Translations under genes and position numbers: made by a program
Source: Amoebophrya sp. A120
Taxonomy: Eukaryota > Protista > Dinoflagellata
Direction: 5' to 3'
Assembly (NCBI GenBank): GCA_905178155.1
Contig: CAJINV010000002.1
Location: forward strand, 2,378,162-2,442,161
DNA length: 64,000 nucleotides
The notes under the pieces: generated by a model
What the model was told of the DNA's origin: nothing
The model's database searches: none
The model's input: only the letters and a program-made list of their open reading frames with translations
In this document: piece by piece, positions 50,901 to 62,349 of the stretch
Position numbering within the stretch: the first letter of the stretch is position 1
How the letters are laid out: each line of letters starts with the position of its first letter

Positions 50901-53900
50901 GGTGTCTACCACCGGGAATAAACAAGCGGCACTGTCCACGAGAAACCCGACGCACAAGTCCGCGTCGAGCGTCAGCAGCGCTCGCAGATTCTCGAACACA
51001 AATCGGGTACACAGAGAAGTGGTTGTTGTTGTAGACCACGCCCTCGCCGCGCCATCCACGACACCAGCAGATGTTGTTGACCCGCCTTTGGTCAGCCGCC
51101 GGAGTAGCGAGAACACCCCGGTGACGGCCTGGTACTGCAACAGAACCTCCAGGGCGGGTTGAAACTGCTGTTTCTTCTCGTAAAGCAGCGCCAAACACTC
51201 CGCGGTCACCTGCGTGAAGTGCTGTGAGAAAATGTTGTCGCTTGTTGATGTTGCAGCTGTAGTACCAGAAACTGTAGTACTTTGAGTCTTGTCATGTGCT
51301 CCTGTTTTGTTCCCACGACCGCTCTGGTCCGGCTGCTTCTGCTGCTTATGCCGTAATAAACTAGCACTGCCGTGCTGCTCTAACTGGTTCTGCAGTAATA
51401 GCTGCAGCAAGTCGGTAGAATAAAGCTCGTCCACTTGCTCAACATTTTCTGCGCCATTCGGACCGCTTGCAACACCGACTTTTGACGCGCCGTTGGACTT
51501 AACCGTCAATCCCCAGGTAGAGAGCACCTCCAGCAGGGCCTTCGGGTAGGAAATCAGTCTTTGTAACACCATGTCGCACATGACCCGGTCCAGCTTCTCT
51601 GGATTGATCAAGGCTGCAACGCGGTGGATGCAGTTTCGCTCGAGGAAAATTTCCGTAATGGCTTGCTCCCAATTCTCCTCCGCACTAGCGGCCTCCTCGT
51701 AAATGTTTTGCGCGGTTGAAGATTCTGCTTCCTCTTCAAGATTTGTATTCACTGCCTGATTCAGATTCGACGTCGTGGTGCACAACATGACCAGCTGCTG
51801 CGCCCGTTCTTCGTTTTCGTTGGTGCCGCACCCGGCGAGGACCTGCTTCACCGCCTGGATTAGAACGCGGGACAGGCTCGGGTGAGATTCCTTCGCGAGC
51901 AGCAAGATCGCTTCCTCGTATCGGTTCTGCGCTTTTTCGCACAAGAAAAGCGCGTCTTCGAGTACGTCCCGGCGATGCACCCGGATGATGTCAGTCCCGC
52001 TTGTTCTGCTCGTCGTTTCAAAAGCAGTTGATGTTCTTTTCGATGATAAACCACCAAGAGTTGTCACCAGATCTGCAGCTTCTGTGTCGGTCACAAAAAT
52101 CACGCCGCAGGAAAACTCCTGCAGATGTGATTCCGGTGCGTCGTGGTGAATTATATTCGCAGCAGCTGCTCCCGTCTGGTCGTTCATCGTTCCATCAAAC
52201 ACCTGCTCGGATTCGTTCACGCAATACAGCACATTCACGTGGTGGCTCGTGCTCCCAGCAGAGTATTTTTTCGCGAGGTAGTTGTTCTGCTGCAACATCA
52301 TTTCCCTTGACCTTAACTCGGCGTCGCTGTGTCTCTCCTTGCAGAACAGCTTATCGGTGTGCAAGATACTCCGCGTTCGCAGGCTTACTAAATGATGGTT
52401 GACTTGATGCTCCTGGATTATAAACAGCGGGGAGCAGTCCTCGACGAGTGTTGTTCCAGCTCCTGCTGCTGCTTTTTGCGATGATCGCGTCGCCGAAACT
52501 GCTGGCTTATGCACGACTTGGCGTCCTCGTGAAGATGAAAAGGGACTGCTGCTGCTTTCTTCCACTTCCATCGAGCTTGCAGGAAACACTCCACGGTCCG
52601 CCTCCGCGCCATTCGTCTCGGCACGAGGTGGTGGACCACCCCTCACGGCACCAGTGGAGTCGCCCAGAATCTTGACGCAAGGCCGCTGCCACGGTGGGGG
52701 CAGAAGCGCAGTTGTTGTCCTCGTGTCTTTGAATTGCGGGTCCTCTACATCTGTTTTTCTGGTACTAGAACCGACTCCGTAAACGACTTCATCCGCCGTC
52801 AAAACCAGCAAATCGCTCCGGACCCGCGGATCCGGCGCCAGCCCGACGATCTTGCTAGAGTAGAAAGGCAACGACGGAGAGGACAACACTGAAGAGGACA
52901 TCACACACTGTGCCAAATAATTCGCCGTCAGACTCATGTTCACAACCACCTCGCAGAAGTAGCTCACCGCTCCCCCGGACGACGACCCGTTCTGCCCGTT
53001 CAGATGTATTACAGTGAAAAATGCCCCGACCCCCAGAGTTGCAAGCATTTGTGATGCGAAGTTTCCAAATGAAAACTTTTTGTCATGCATGAAAGGAATA
53101 CGAATCTTTGTGATGCAGAGTCTAGGCGCATATAGCATTGCTTGCATGACAAGCGCCGCTCTTGCTGGGATCTTTTGCAATACAAATGTTCGCTATTCAC
53201 GATTGGGAATCTGTGATGCAGCTGGATGCAAGAGGGCGCATGTTTCACCTGGAAAGGTTTGCAATACAAATGCTCTCAAGTTCGGGGATGGGGGCATTTT
53301 TCATTGTAATAAGATGCGGGTTCTGTTCGCGGATTTTCGCCACTTTCAACTCCAAATTTTCGCCAATGCACAAAGTCCACCCGAAATCCAGCCAGAGGAG
53401 CACGGTGGGCGGGGGGGTTGATGGTGGAGGTGCTCCTGTTGGGACCTGTTGTGTAGATGAAGAGCTTGTTCCCCCCGGAACTGGTCCTGCTCCTGCTCCT
53501 CCTGTCAATGGGATAAACGCGATCTTCTGCATGGTCTTCGTGTGCAGCATATGCAATGCAAAAGCATCGTACTCGTGTAATATTAAACGCATTACAAATT
53601 ATATCCTCAGCATGAGAAAGTAAATTTGTAGTGCTGATTTACCTCAAGAAAAAAATTTGCAATGCATGATTGCAATACGAGTACGATACTTTTGCACAGG
53701 ATCCAGCAGTTTCACGCCCTTCTCCGTGGTCCAGGCCGCGATCTGCAGTTGGCCCCACTTGCAACTGCTTTGCCGTGCGTAGCTATTGAACACCGTTTTG
53801 GTGGTTTCTTGGTCGAACGAATTATGTCGGGCGGGGGTTGAATTTGGTTTTGGATTGTCCACATTGATCATATTATGCTTTTTGTTCATCTTACTGTAGA

Positions 53901-55961
53901 TCGTATCCAACACCTCCACCGTCGGATTCCGCACGGAGTGTTTCTTGCACAGCAAAACCTCGACTTTCGATTTGGTTCCGGTGGTCAAAACAAACCTGGG
54001 AAAAGCCCGGTCAATCATCGGGTCGGCGGCGCAGGAGAGGCACAGCCCAATCACGTCAATTTTCCAGAGCTGAATCGAGGGTTGCTCCACGTTCAAAACG
54101 ATGCACTCGTACAGCCCGGCGACAATCAGAAACTTGTGGTTCACGGAGAGGCAGGAAACCTCCTGCTCCAGGATCCTTCGAGAAAGGGAGGATGAGCTCG
54201 TCGTCGTAGAAGGGGTGGTTATCGTTATGGTTTTGATATTATGGTTGTGATCACCTTTATTCTGATGCATGTTGCTGTCCAGCACCGGTGACGCCCCCGC
54301 CGCGGGAGATGAAGAAGCATCACCATAGACAGCAGCTCCTTCGTGTACTAGTTCCCCTGTAGTTCCTGTCACCGACCCTACTAGACCGCCACGCGGAGAC
54401 GAGGCGGTTGACGCGGACACGACGCTCGCAGCAGTAGAGGCCGCGTCGTGCTGCGAGAGTACTTCCCCTTGTGCTGATATAATGTGGTGTCCACGTGCAA
54501 TAGAAACAATTGATGTCCCTGTAGTATTTATCCCGACCCCTTGCTCCGACGCGGTTGTGGTTTTCCAAATCGAATCCACGAAGTCGGACGGCACCTATCC
54601 TGAGTAAAAACGTACCCACCCCAGAGTTGTCATGCAGATTTGCCATGACAGGAACATTTGTGATGCGCAACCCCATGAGAGGCATTTCCAATCGTGTTTT
54701 GGAATTTGTGATGCTGTAAACAGGATCAGCAGGTCGATTTGTGACGCGGCTTTCCTTGCTAACTTGCACTACCTTACGGACTGAAACTTGTCATGCGTGA
54801 CTCACAAAACTCCTAGGTTTGTGTTGCAAAATCTCCATCCTGACTCTGGTGTGGGTACGTTTTTACTCAGGATAGCACCGGCGTTTGGTTTTGCGAGGAA
54901 CTGGAACTCTGCTGGGACGCGGTTTCGGCGTTATAAGCGCCCTATCCTGTGTAAAAACGTCCCCACCCCAGAGTTGTCATGCAAATCTGCATGCTGAAAA
55001 TGTTTCTCATGCGGAGCCACATGAGAAGCATTTTCCAGGTGTGTTCTGGAATTTGTCATGCTCCAATCGGCATGATATAGTAGATCTGTGATGCTGCTGA
55101 GCTAGCTCAAACAGCACTACACTACGAGCCCAAATTTGTCATGCAAAACGGCCAAAACTTGTGGATTTGTCTAGCCGAGTCCCGATCTTGACTATGGGGT
55201 GGGGACGTTTTTACATAGGATACGCCCTGCTGCTGGTTCTTATTTGGGACGTCTTGCAGCACATGATCAGCTGGAGGCGTGGAAGACGACTCCAGGTTAG
55301 CAGTGCCCAGCCTTGTCTGGCGCTCTACTTGATCCTCGTCCTGCGCAAGCACTACATTGCCTGCCAGGTCACCACCACTCCCGACGACCCCAGCACTCCC
55401 AACCGTTGGGAAAAAAACTTGGTGCTCCCAGAGCATGCGAAACCGGGAGTGGGTTAGCAAGTGCTTCACGTTTTTGCTCGTGCGCTGGGAAGTTTGCGAA
55501 GTAGATGCGGCTGTTGTAGTAGTGGAGGTGGGAACAGCAGCTGCATTACTGGTGATTGTCGGTGTAATATTTTTATCCCGCTCCAAAACCACCGGACTTG
55601 CGCCCGGAATGAGCGACGTGTCTTCAAACAGCTGCACATGCCCCGAAGCGCGACCGACCGCGACGAAGGCTTTACCTCCCAGGCTCACGCAGGAAACGTA
55701 ATCAGGGCTGTTGAACAAAGGTCGCGGAGAAGTTGTGAGGTTTGTTCCCTGCCGATGCTCCTCCCGCTGCTGTTGTTGTGTTTCCGCAGCTGTAGGGCTG
55801 CTGGAAGCTGCGCCAGACGTGGCAAGTCGTATCTCGTTATCGGCATCAGTATCGTCTACACTTGGTCTCGCAATGTCCTTGATGCGCAGGTAATCCACAC
55901 GAGGCAGCGGGTCTTTCTCCCCCGCCTGGCTGTGTGCAGGGGGGGGTCGGGCGACGGACAT
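47982..55961 (-). CDS. VPS41: Vacuolar protein sorting 41 homologue (HOPS subunit; WD40 plus clathrin heavy-chain repeat)
   Basis: VSCVSLGGKAFVAVGRASGHVQLF, WGQLQIAAWTTEKGVKLLD, RRDVLEDALFL...YEEAILL, ECLALLYEKKQQFQPAL and YIEHAIGLCKEHELYDALVFLLSKAG...DVEKAILF...ELWE match Vps41 architecture. Eight introners. Last exon uncertain. Confidence 0.8.
48748..48956. mobile_element. Family C introner
   Basis: C-type TIR, opposite orientation to 1694-1908; TSD actgc. Confidence 0.9.
49012..49277. mobile_element. Family K introner
   Basis: Homologous to 31610-31871; TSD cagtt/cagtc. Confidence 0.85.
49693..49957. mobile_element. Family A introner
   Basis: A-type TIR; TSD ttccc/ctccc. Confidence 0.85.
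50598..50758. mobile_element. Family B introner
   Basis: B-type TIR; TSD tgacc. Confidence 0.9.
53007..53311. mobile_element. Family L introner
   Basis: tattacagtgaaaaatgcccc...ggggcatttttcattgtaata; TSD agatg. Confidence 0.9.
53550..53703. mobile_element. Family B introner
   Basis: B-type TIR; right end ATC instead of ATA; TSD cagca. Confidence 0.88.
54596..54874. mobile_element. Family E introner (reverse complement of 6463-6741)
   Basis: E-type TIR; TSD gcacc. Confidence 0.9.
54943..55222. mobile_element. Family E introner
   Basis: E-type TIR; TSD cgccc. Confidence 0.9.
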
Positions 55962-56539
55962 GTTGTAGTTTTGTGACGATTTACAGTTCCTCTTGTGCAA
56001 GAACTACTTTAGAGGTTTGGGACCGCGATTGGAAGTTTCGATATCTCTCAACCACCATTTTAAAACCGGAGAAGCGTCCTCCGTTCTTCTGTCTAGACCA
56101 AAGTTGGTGATAAAGATTTTCTGCCTAAGTAGATCTTCGACGCAGCTCGCTCCAAGCAAGGAGCGACGCACTTGATAAGATATCTGTATAGGAACTTTCG
56201 CAGTGTTTGGTCGGGCGAAAGGAATTGAAAACGTCCTAGATGAGCCACTGATGGTGGAAGAACACAAGCACACTTTCGCAAAAAATCAGTGCGCCCGGAG
56301 ATGGGAGTGCCTATTTTTGGTGCACTGTGGTAACGGAAACGAACCAGGTTTCATCTTGCAGTTGCGAGAATGGAACTTCAAACATGACCTCGCAACACAA
56401 AAAATACACTATGCGGCGACGTCGCCTCTTTTTTCATCTTCTACGGTGCGCAATAGTGCCTGGTAAGGAGGAGGACAAAATTACCCTCTGCAATGGATGC
56501 GAGAGCGAGTACAAAGGACCATAAACGAAGTAAGTAGCT

Positions 56540-58507
56540 CTATCTGTTTTTCTTCAATAAAGTAAAGCCATGGACCTCAGACGAAGTAGTTTTACCCAGA
56601 TGGACCCTGCTGGCTTGCGACGGTCCTCCTCGGGGGAGCGATTCTTGCTGTCCCTGATTTTGATTGCTATTACCACGCTGATGTCCTCCATCGTCTTTCT
56701 CGTCCTTCCGATTACCCCCACTTGCACCTCGTGCTCCACTTCGATCTCCCAAATGTTTCTCCTTTACCCGCAACTGCCACGTCAACGCGATGTGCTTGAC
56801 CGTGTGATGCAGCTTCTCGTGGTGGAAGTGGTAGCCGAGTAACGCGCCGACGACACACCCGATGAAGTGCGCCCCGTGGGCGGTTTGTACTTCCGCGTTG
56901 CTCCAGGGAATGTTGTCGGCAGAGGAGTTACCATTTCCCGACGAAGCGGAAAACCAGCTGTTCACATATTTCATGTAAAACCCCGTGTACAGGCCGGATT
57001 CCGCCGGCCGCGGACACCAAACGATGAACTGAATCACGAAAGTCAATGGTATGCGTCCCGCTTTCAGGTAGATCAAACTGTGCAGGATGATCAACGCAAA
57101 CACAAACCCGGAGCAACCTAATTGCCCGGCATCCGGATGTCCGTTGGTCAGGTGGTAAACGCTGCAGGAGACCGAAATCCAGAAGAACAGTTTCAACAAG
57201 CCATACGCGCCGAATTGGTGCTCCGCGGTCGGCCCGACCAGCATCAAATGCGTCAGATTTTGTCGCATGTGCTCCGCGTTGCCATGCGCGAAACTCTGGG
57301 TGAAGATGCGGAGGTAGGTCTTGTAATCTTTCACATTCGTTAATTCCCACGGGTAGAAGGTGAAATAGTCCATTTTTTGGTCGTCGTTCGCATAGTAGTG
57401 AACGAGAAGGCAGAGGAGAGAAAACAGCAGCAAAAACGGAATGTCCAGGTCCCAAACGCGAATCAGTGCCGCGAGGAATCGGGCGAGGAAGTTGCGCTGG
57501 ATTTGAGGTCTATGTGGAAGATGATGTTGAGCAGGATTTATTTCCTGGTCCAAGCCCTGTCGTTTCATTCTTTCACCGGAATCAACATAATTGCCTCCAC
57601 CGTTAGATGAACCGGACGGGAAAAAATCCAAGTGAGTCAAAACCCAGTCCGCGATCCTTTCCGGACTTCGGTGCGCTCGCTTCTCGGAGAACACGACTAT
57701 GTCTCTGATAAAATTGTGGTTGTGGAATTCCAGATGCTCTAAAAAAGCGTCCAGCTTCTGCTCCGCGTACCTGTGTGCTCTTTCTAACCGATAGTCTACT
57801 TCTGTTCTTGCGGTTGTCGTGGCTCCTGTGGTAGAAGTAGTAGGAGGCTCTGCGGCTGCTGCACTGGCATTTATTCTTGACACCTTCTCCTCTGCGTTAT
57901 ATTGAAGAAGGTCACGCTCTGTTGTAATTCTGGTCACGGAAACGAGAGTTTGCGCCTCCGGTAGCTCTACTGCGAGCTTTTCCCGTCCACTTGTTGCGTT
58001 TGCCCTATTTGCATGGTCCGCGATGCTGGCACTTGGTCGTTCATGTAGTTCCGGAAGATTTTCTTGAGAAAAAACCCCACCAGGAGGTTCTTGATCTTCT
58101 CCCCGCTGAACCTCGACTCCGGTGTTCTCTCCTTCTCCCGTTCGCAGGAACAAAACGTCCTCCTGGTTTATTTTCTCATCAACACCGTCGGAAATTTCCG
58201 GGGCGCGATTAAAATCTTCTTCCTCGTCCGGTGGTAACAGCTTCGGTAACTGCACCCTTTCTGTTTTCGAGTCGTCGCTATCATCCATGATATCCCGGGT
58301 CACCCGAATCCAGGCGTTCTCCGGCGGGGGGCGACTGCTGCGCTGCGACGTAGTTTTGAGCAGGCTTTTTCGCAGGGGGGTAGAGGGTCGATTCTCGTTT
58401 GAGTGGTCTTCACCGACTTCTTCTGGGGTAGAAGTTGTACCAGGCGCTGTGAGTGCACCTGCACTCGTCCTGCTGTTCGTTCCATGCGTTGTAGTGGGTT
58501 TGGACAT
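56540..58507 (-). CDS. Rhomboid-family intramembrane serine protease, intronless, long N-terminal extension
   Basis: 655-aa ORF with RIFTQSFAH, HMRQN, catalytic GCSG and AHFIG motifs and several TM segments. Confidence 0.88.
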   Translation of the reverse strand: MSKPTTTHGTNSRTSAGALTAPGTTSTPEEVGEDHSNENRPSTPLRKSLLKTTSQRSSRPPPENAWIRVTRDIMDDSDDSKTERVQLPKLLPPDEEEDFNRAPEISDGVDEKINQEDVLFLRTGEGENTGVEVQRGEDQEPPGGVFSQENLPELHERPSASIADHANRANATSGREKLAVELPEAQTLVSVTRITTERDLLQYNAEEKVSRINASAAAAEPPTTSTTGATTTARTEVDYRLERAHRYAEQKLDAFLEHLEFHNHNFIRDIVVFSEKRAHRSPERIADWVLTHLDFFPSGSSNGGGNYVDSGERMKRQGLDQEINPAQHHLPHRPQIQRNFLARFLAALIRVWDLDIPFLLLFSLLCLLVHYYANDDQKMDYFTFYPWELTNVKDYKTYLRIFTQSFAHGNAEHMRQNLTHLMLVGPTAEHQFGAYGLLKLFFWISVSCSVYHLTNGHPDAGQLGCSGFVFALIILHSLIYLKAGRIPLTFVIQFIVWCPRPAESGLYTGFYMKYVNSWFSASSGNGNSSADNIPWSNAEVQTAHGAHFIGCVVGALLGYHFHHEKLHHTVKHIALTWQLRVKEKHLGDRSGARGASGGNRKDEKDDGGHQRGNSNQNQGQQESLPRGGPSQASRVHLGKTTSSEVHGFTLLKKNR

Positions 58508-59498
58508 AATTGTACTTGTTCTCTTGAGAAGAAGAACTTCCCGTGTTATTGAACGCGATACTTTCGCAGAAAGTATGAGAGGCGGGCCGACAAATAAATG
58601 TATTAAATGGTATTATAAAAAAGTTGTTCAATGAATATAGAAGCGATTTTTGAGTGAATGAAGACATGAGGTCCTGCATTGAAGATGTAAAATTCCGGGC
58701 GACCAATAGTTTTACTTTCAGGAGACACGACCAATAGTTTTACCTTCGTAAACTGTCACACCGACACGACCGAGGCGAGCAGCTATCTAGTAGTACACCT
58801 CCGAGGCTTGTAGAAATAAACCGAACATTTTTCCGAAAATCAAAATAACTCGACCGAGGCGACCGAAAGCTATATCAACAAGATACATCATTTATTACCG
58901 AGGCCGATCGCAGTAACGGTGGAGCATTGAGGGTTACCAAATGTTGAGAATCTCCGAGTTTAGGTGTAGGAGACAAGCCGAACATCACTTCTGTAGTACT
59001 GACCACCTAGTGCAGAGAGATGCATCACAACCGACCAACACATTTTTACCTGAACAAGGGATAATGCACAAGAAAAACCGCACACCTCACGCCGTGTTCG
59101 AGGCACCGCTGGAAAAAACAAGCGCATCTAAAAATTTATCGTTAGATTTGATATTTCTCGCAACTACTGCGTACAGGTTGAATATCGACAAGGCCGATTT
59201 CGAAAGCGTAACATTTCGTTCCATAGTTGTTCTGTATCTGCGCTTGCAGCTTTGAAGTATTGTATTGTATCCCTCAGAGTTGTGCTGGTGTCGCATCAAA
59301 CTGTTTTAATATCGTAGGAGAAGGCCGCGCGTTCGTCGGGAGGGGTGGGAAGCTCGGGTCAACACAACACACGTTGTGTTTTTCATTTTCGTGGTGGGTT
59401 GGTACAAAATGAAAGGAGTTCTTATTTTTCGGCTGCTTTTGTACTGCTGGGCTGAAGGTTTAAATGGGAACAAGTATGCCACCTCCGACGCTGACAAC

Positions 59499-60445
59499 TT
59501 ACTCTTCTTCCGGATTCCAGGGCGGCAGATTGTCTTCGATCGCACCTGGTGGGATTGCGATTGGATTTGGATTGCACAAAAATAGCATTTGTTCGTGATC
59601 TTCATCCTCAGTCATGCATCCGCGACGGAAAAAAACTGTGTACTCAACAAATGCATGACAAAGACCAGAGAAACAAAACATACCCAAGATTTTTGGTGCG
59701 TCGCAGCCGAGGACCTCGCCCACTTGCTTGCCACCCATGTAGAAAAGAAACATTGGCTTTGCCTTTGCTTTGCACGCCAGGTATTTTTCTTCAATTGCTG
59801 GCACAACGGATAAATCCATCTGGTTTTTTTTTTAAAAAATTTGTCATGCGTACAACTTGCAGGTAAAGTCTATTGATATAGTGGAAACGCTACGTTACCT
59901 TTCATGCAGATGCAGATCGAGACATCAAATGTGATATCGTGTACCATGTAAAACTGCCCTCGCAGTTCCCAAAAATACACTATGCATTGCAAACGTGTCA
60001 GAGTCAGGAGGTCACGGCCAGATTCGATATTTAGTGGCATTTTCAGTACTGAGAGATCGTGCAAGACAAACGCAGCTCTCTGGGGTGAGACATAGATTGT
60101 AAAGCTAAGCGTAGTTCTGCACATATCAAATCTCGTAAAATCTCAAGCGCCCTGACAACTTCGCGATGGATATCCGTGTTTGCTGCCAAGGACTTGAATG
60201 TTGGTTCCATCTGTGCGCAGGGTCCGTACCATTGGTGGTACCTGATCATTTTTTTGTTGTGTCTTCATCTTCAATAGGCTTCTGGATGACAAAGCCGATG
60301 TCTCATGCGTCAATAATGCATCACAAATTCCCAGAAACAAAAAGTACACGTCCAGCACGATTAGCCTCTTCTCGCTGGCAATGACTGACTCGAAGTCTTC
60401 CTGCGTGGCGATGGCCTTGATGAGCTTTACCTCCTTGCCCGCCAT
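59499..60445 (-). CDS. Thioredoxin-like protein of the NME8/TXNDC3 / outer-arm dynein light-chain type
   Basis: Spliced: MAGKEVKLIKAI...LIVLDVYHQWYGPC...KPMFLFYMGGKQVGEVLGCDAPKIL...AIEDNL. Introns at 60242-60347 and about 59545-59683 are GT-AG. Confidence 0.8.
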
Positions 60446-61063
60446 TGTGGACGGAGTAGGAGTTCAAATTTAAAAGAGAAAAATTTATCGGCTGTCTTAG
60501 CCCCTAGCTTTGGCTATCGAATAGATGCTTCTCAGAAGATACGTGAACAAGAGTTTACGTGGCACAGCGTTGCGTTGAGCCGATCTAGTACAAACGAGAG
60601 AGAGGAGCTGCGGTAGAGAATTTCAAAGTGCAACACCGTGAAAGACATGGGATTAGAGTCGACAAAGACGCTATCGACCCGATGTTTTGTTCACTCATCT
60701 ATCTCTCCTCTCCGGGACGTCCCGTTCCTTCTCGCGCTCGTTTATTTATAGGGGTTTTCGCTCTCTCTATCTGCAGTTCGATTCGCAACTCTGCAACCGA
60801 GAATCAGTTTTCCTCGGACTCATGTTCGTCGGGGAGCTTAGTAGACCATCAAGATGGAGATGCACAAGACCATGCGTCATGGTGCTGACGTACTAGAAAA
60901 ATGAAGTCAAAATATCAGCCGACAGAAGACCGCATCTACGAAACCCGAACGCGAACACTCGAAAGCAGCAGGCTAGCCTAGGCGACGCAAGAAAGTCTTT
61001 CACTTCATTTTCGAGAGGGAGACAGAGCTCCCGAGGGACTACTTCGAGGGCTCATAAAGAGAT

Positions 61064-62110
61064 CTAGCAAGCAGCCTGCCCGCGGCCGGGCCCGTGCGGC
61101 ACCTGCGCGACCGACCGGAACGCCGCACGGCGAATCGCCCAGGCCGCGCGGGCGACCGATGTAAGGCTCTGGGGCCGAGGGGCTACGCAGGCGGCCAGCA
61201 ACTGCAGGAGGCACAGCAAGGGCCGCCGGAGAGCAGCAGGCGCATGAAGGGCGGGGGGGAGCAGCGGGCGCAATGCCAGCACCCTCCAACGCGCCGAGGC
61301 CGGCGGCCCCGCCCGCAGAAGCGGCAAAACTGCCGAGGGCCGCCCCGCCCCGGGCGCCCACTTTTGGGCCTCGCCCGGACGCCTGCGGCGCGCCCCGGAC
61401 CCTGCCGGCCCGAGGAGCCGGGGGCGCCCAAAGCGGTCGCCCAACTTTGAAACAAAGGGAGGCCGGGGGGGCCTGCGTTGCCGGCGGCGCGGTCTGTGGT
61501 CTCGCAGTTTTCCCCAGCACACTGCGCCGCCGGCCGGCAACGCTTCGCAGCAAAATTTTTGCAGCGGGGCCCCCCCCCGATGCACACCCGGGGAGTCTGA
61601 GGGGCGGGAAACCCGACGCACACCCAAAAGGCCCCCCGGCCCCCCGGCCATCTTGCTCGCCCCCCCCCTGCTCCTGGGTCTGCGCGCGCTCTGCGCGCGA
61701 AGCAAGGGGCCTCCATTCCCAGCGGCACGCCCGCCGCTGTATAGAAACAATTGGCCACGCCGCCCGCGCCGCAGGTACACGACACGGCCGAGCACCCGCG
61801 CGGCGGGCCTTCGGCGGGGGCGCGCACTCTTCCGCGGGCATCTGCCGCGCGACTCGGCGCGGCCGGCTGGAAACCGCCAGGCAGGCAACACCAAACGCGC
61901 CCCCTTCGCATCAGCTCGCGCGTGTGTCGCGGCGCACCTTTCTTGTCCAGCGCCAACAAAACCCGCGGCAGGTTCACACGGCGACCGCTACCTTGAACTG
62001 GAACAGCCACCAGCTCGCGGGCAGCTGGGGGGGGGCCAGTTCCTCTTGGTTTCCCACCCCCTGCCGGCTAGGGCGGGACTCGGATGCCCCAGAGCCTTTT
62101 CCTCGGTCAC
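61064..62110. repeat. Intergenic very GC-rich island, possible non-autonomous element
   Basis: Abrupt compositional shift. On the minus strand, a GC hairpin (gcccggccgcgggc) lies about 10 nt before CTAG at 61064-61067. Confidence 0.4.
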
Positions 62111-62349
62111 AATTTTACGCAGTAGCTTCATGAGCCTCTGTTCATGTGGAACGCGGCATTTACTTGGCCCAAAACAACGATTAGAACACAGATAGTCTAG
62201 GTCTCCTGCGCACTGCTGCTGCATGCGTACAGGCGTTTGCCGCACACTTTTCAAAGCACTTACATGCGTTATTTGCTGTCGCTTTCTACTTTCAGCATAC
62301 TTTTCGTTTTGGAGCTAGATTCTCTTTTCCGATGAATCAACAAACCCCA

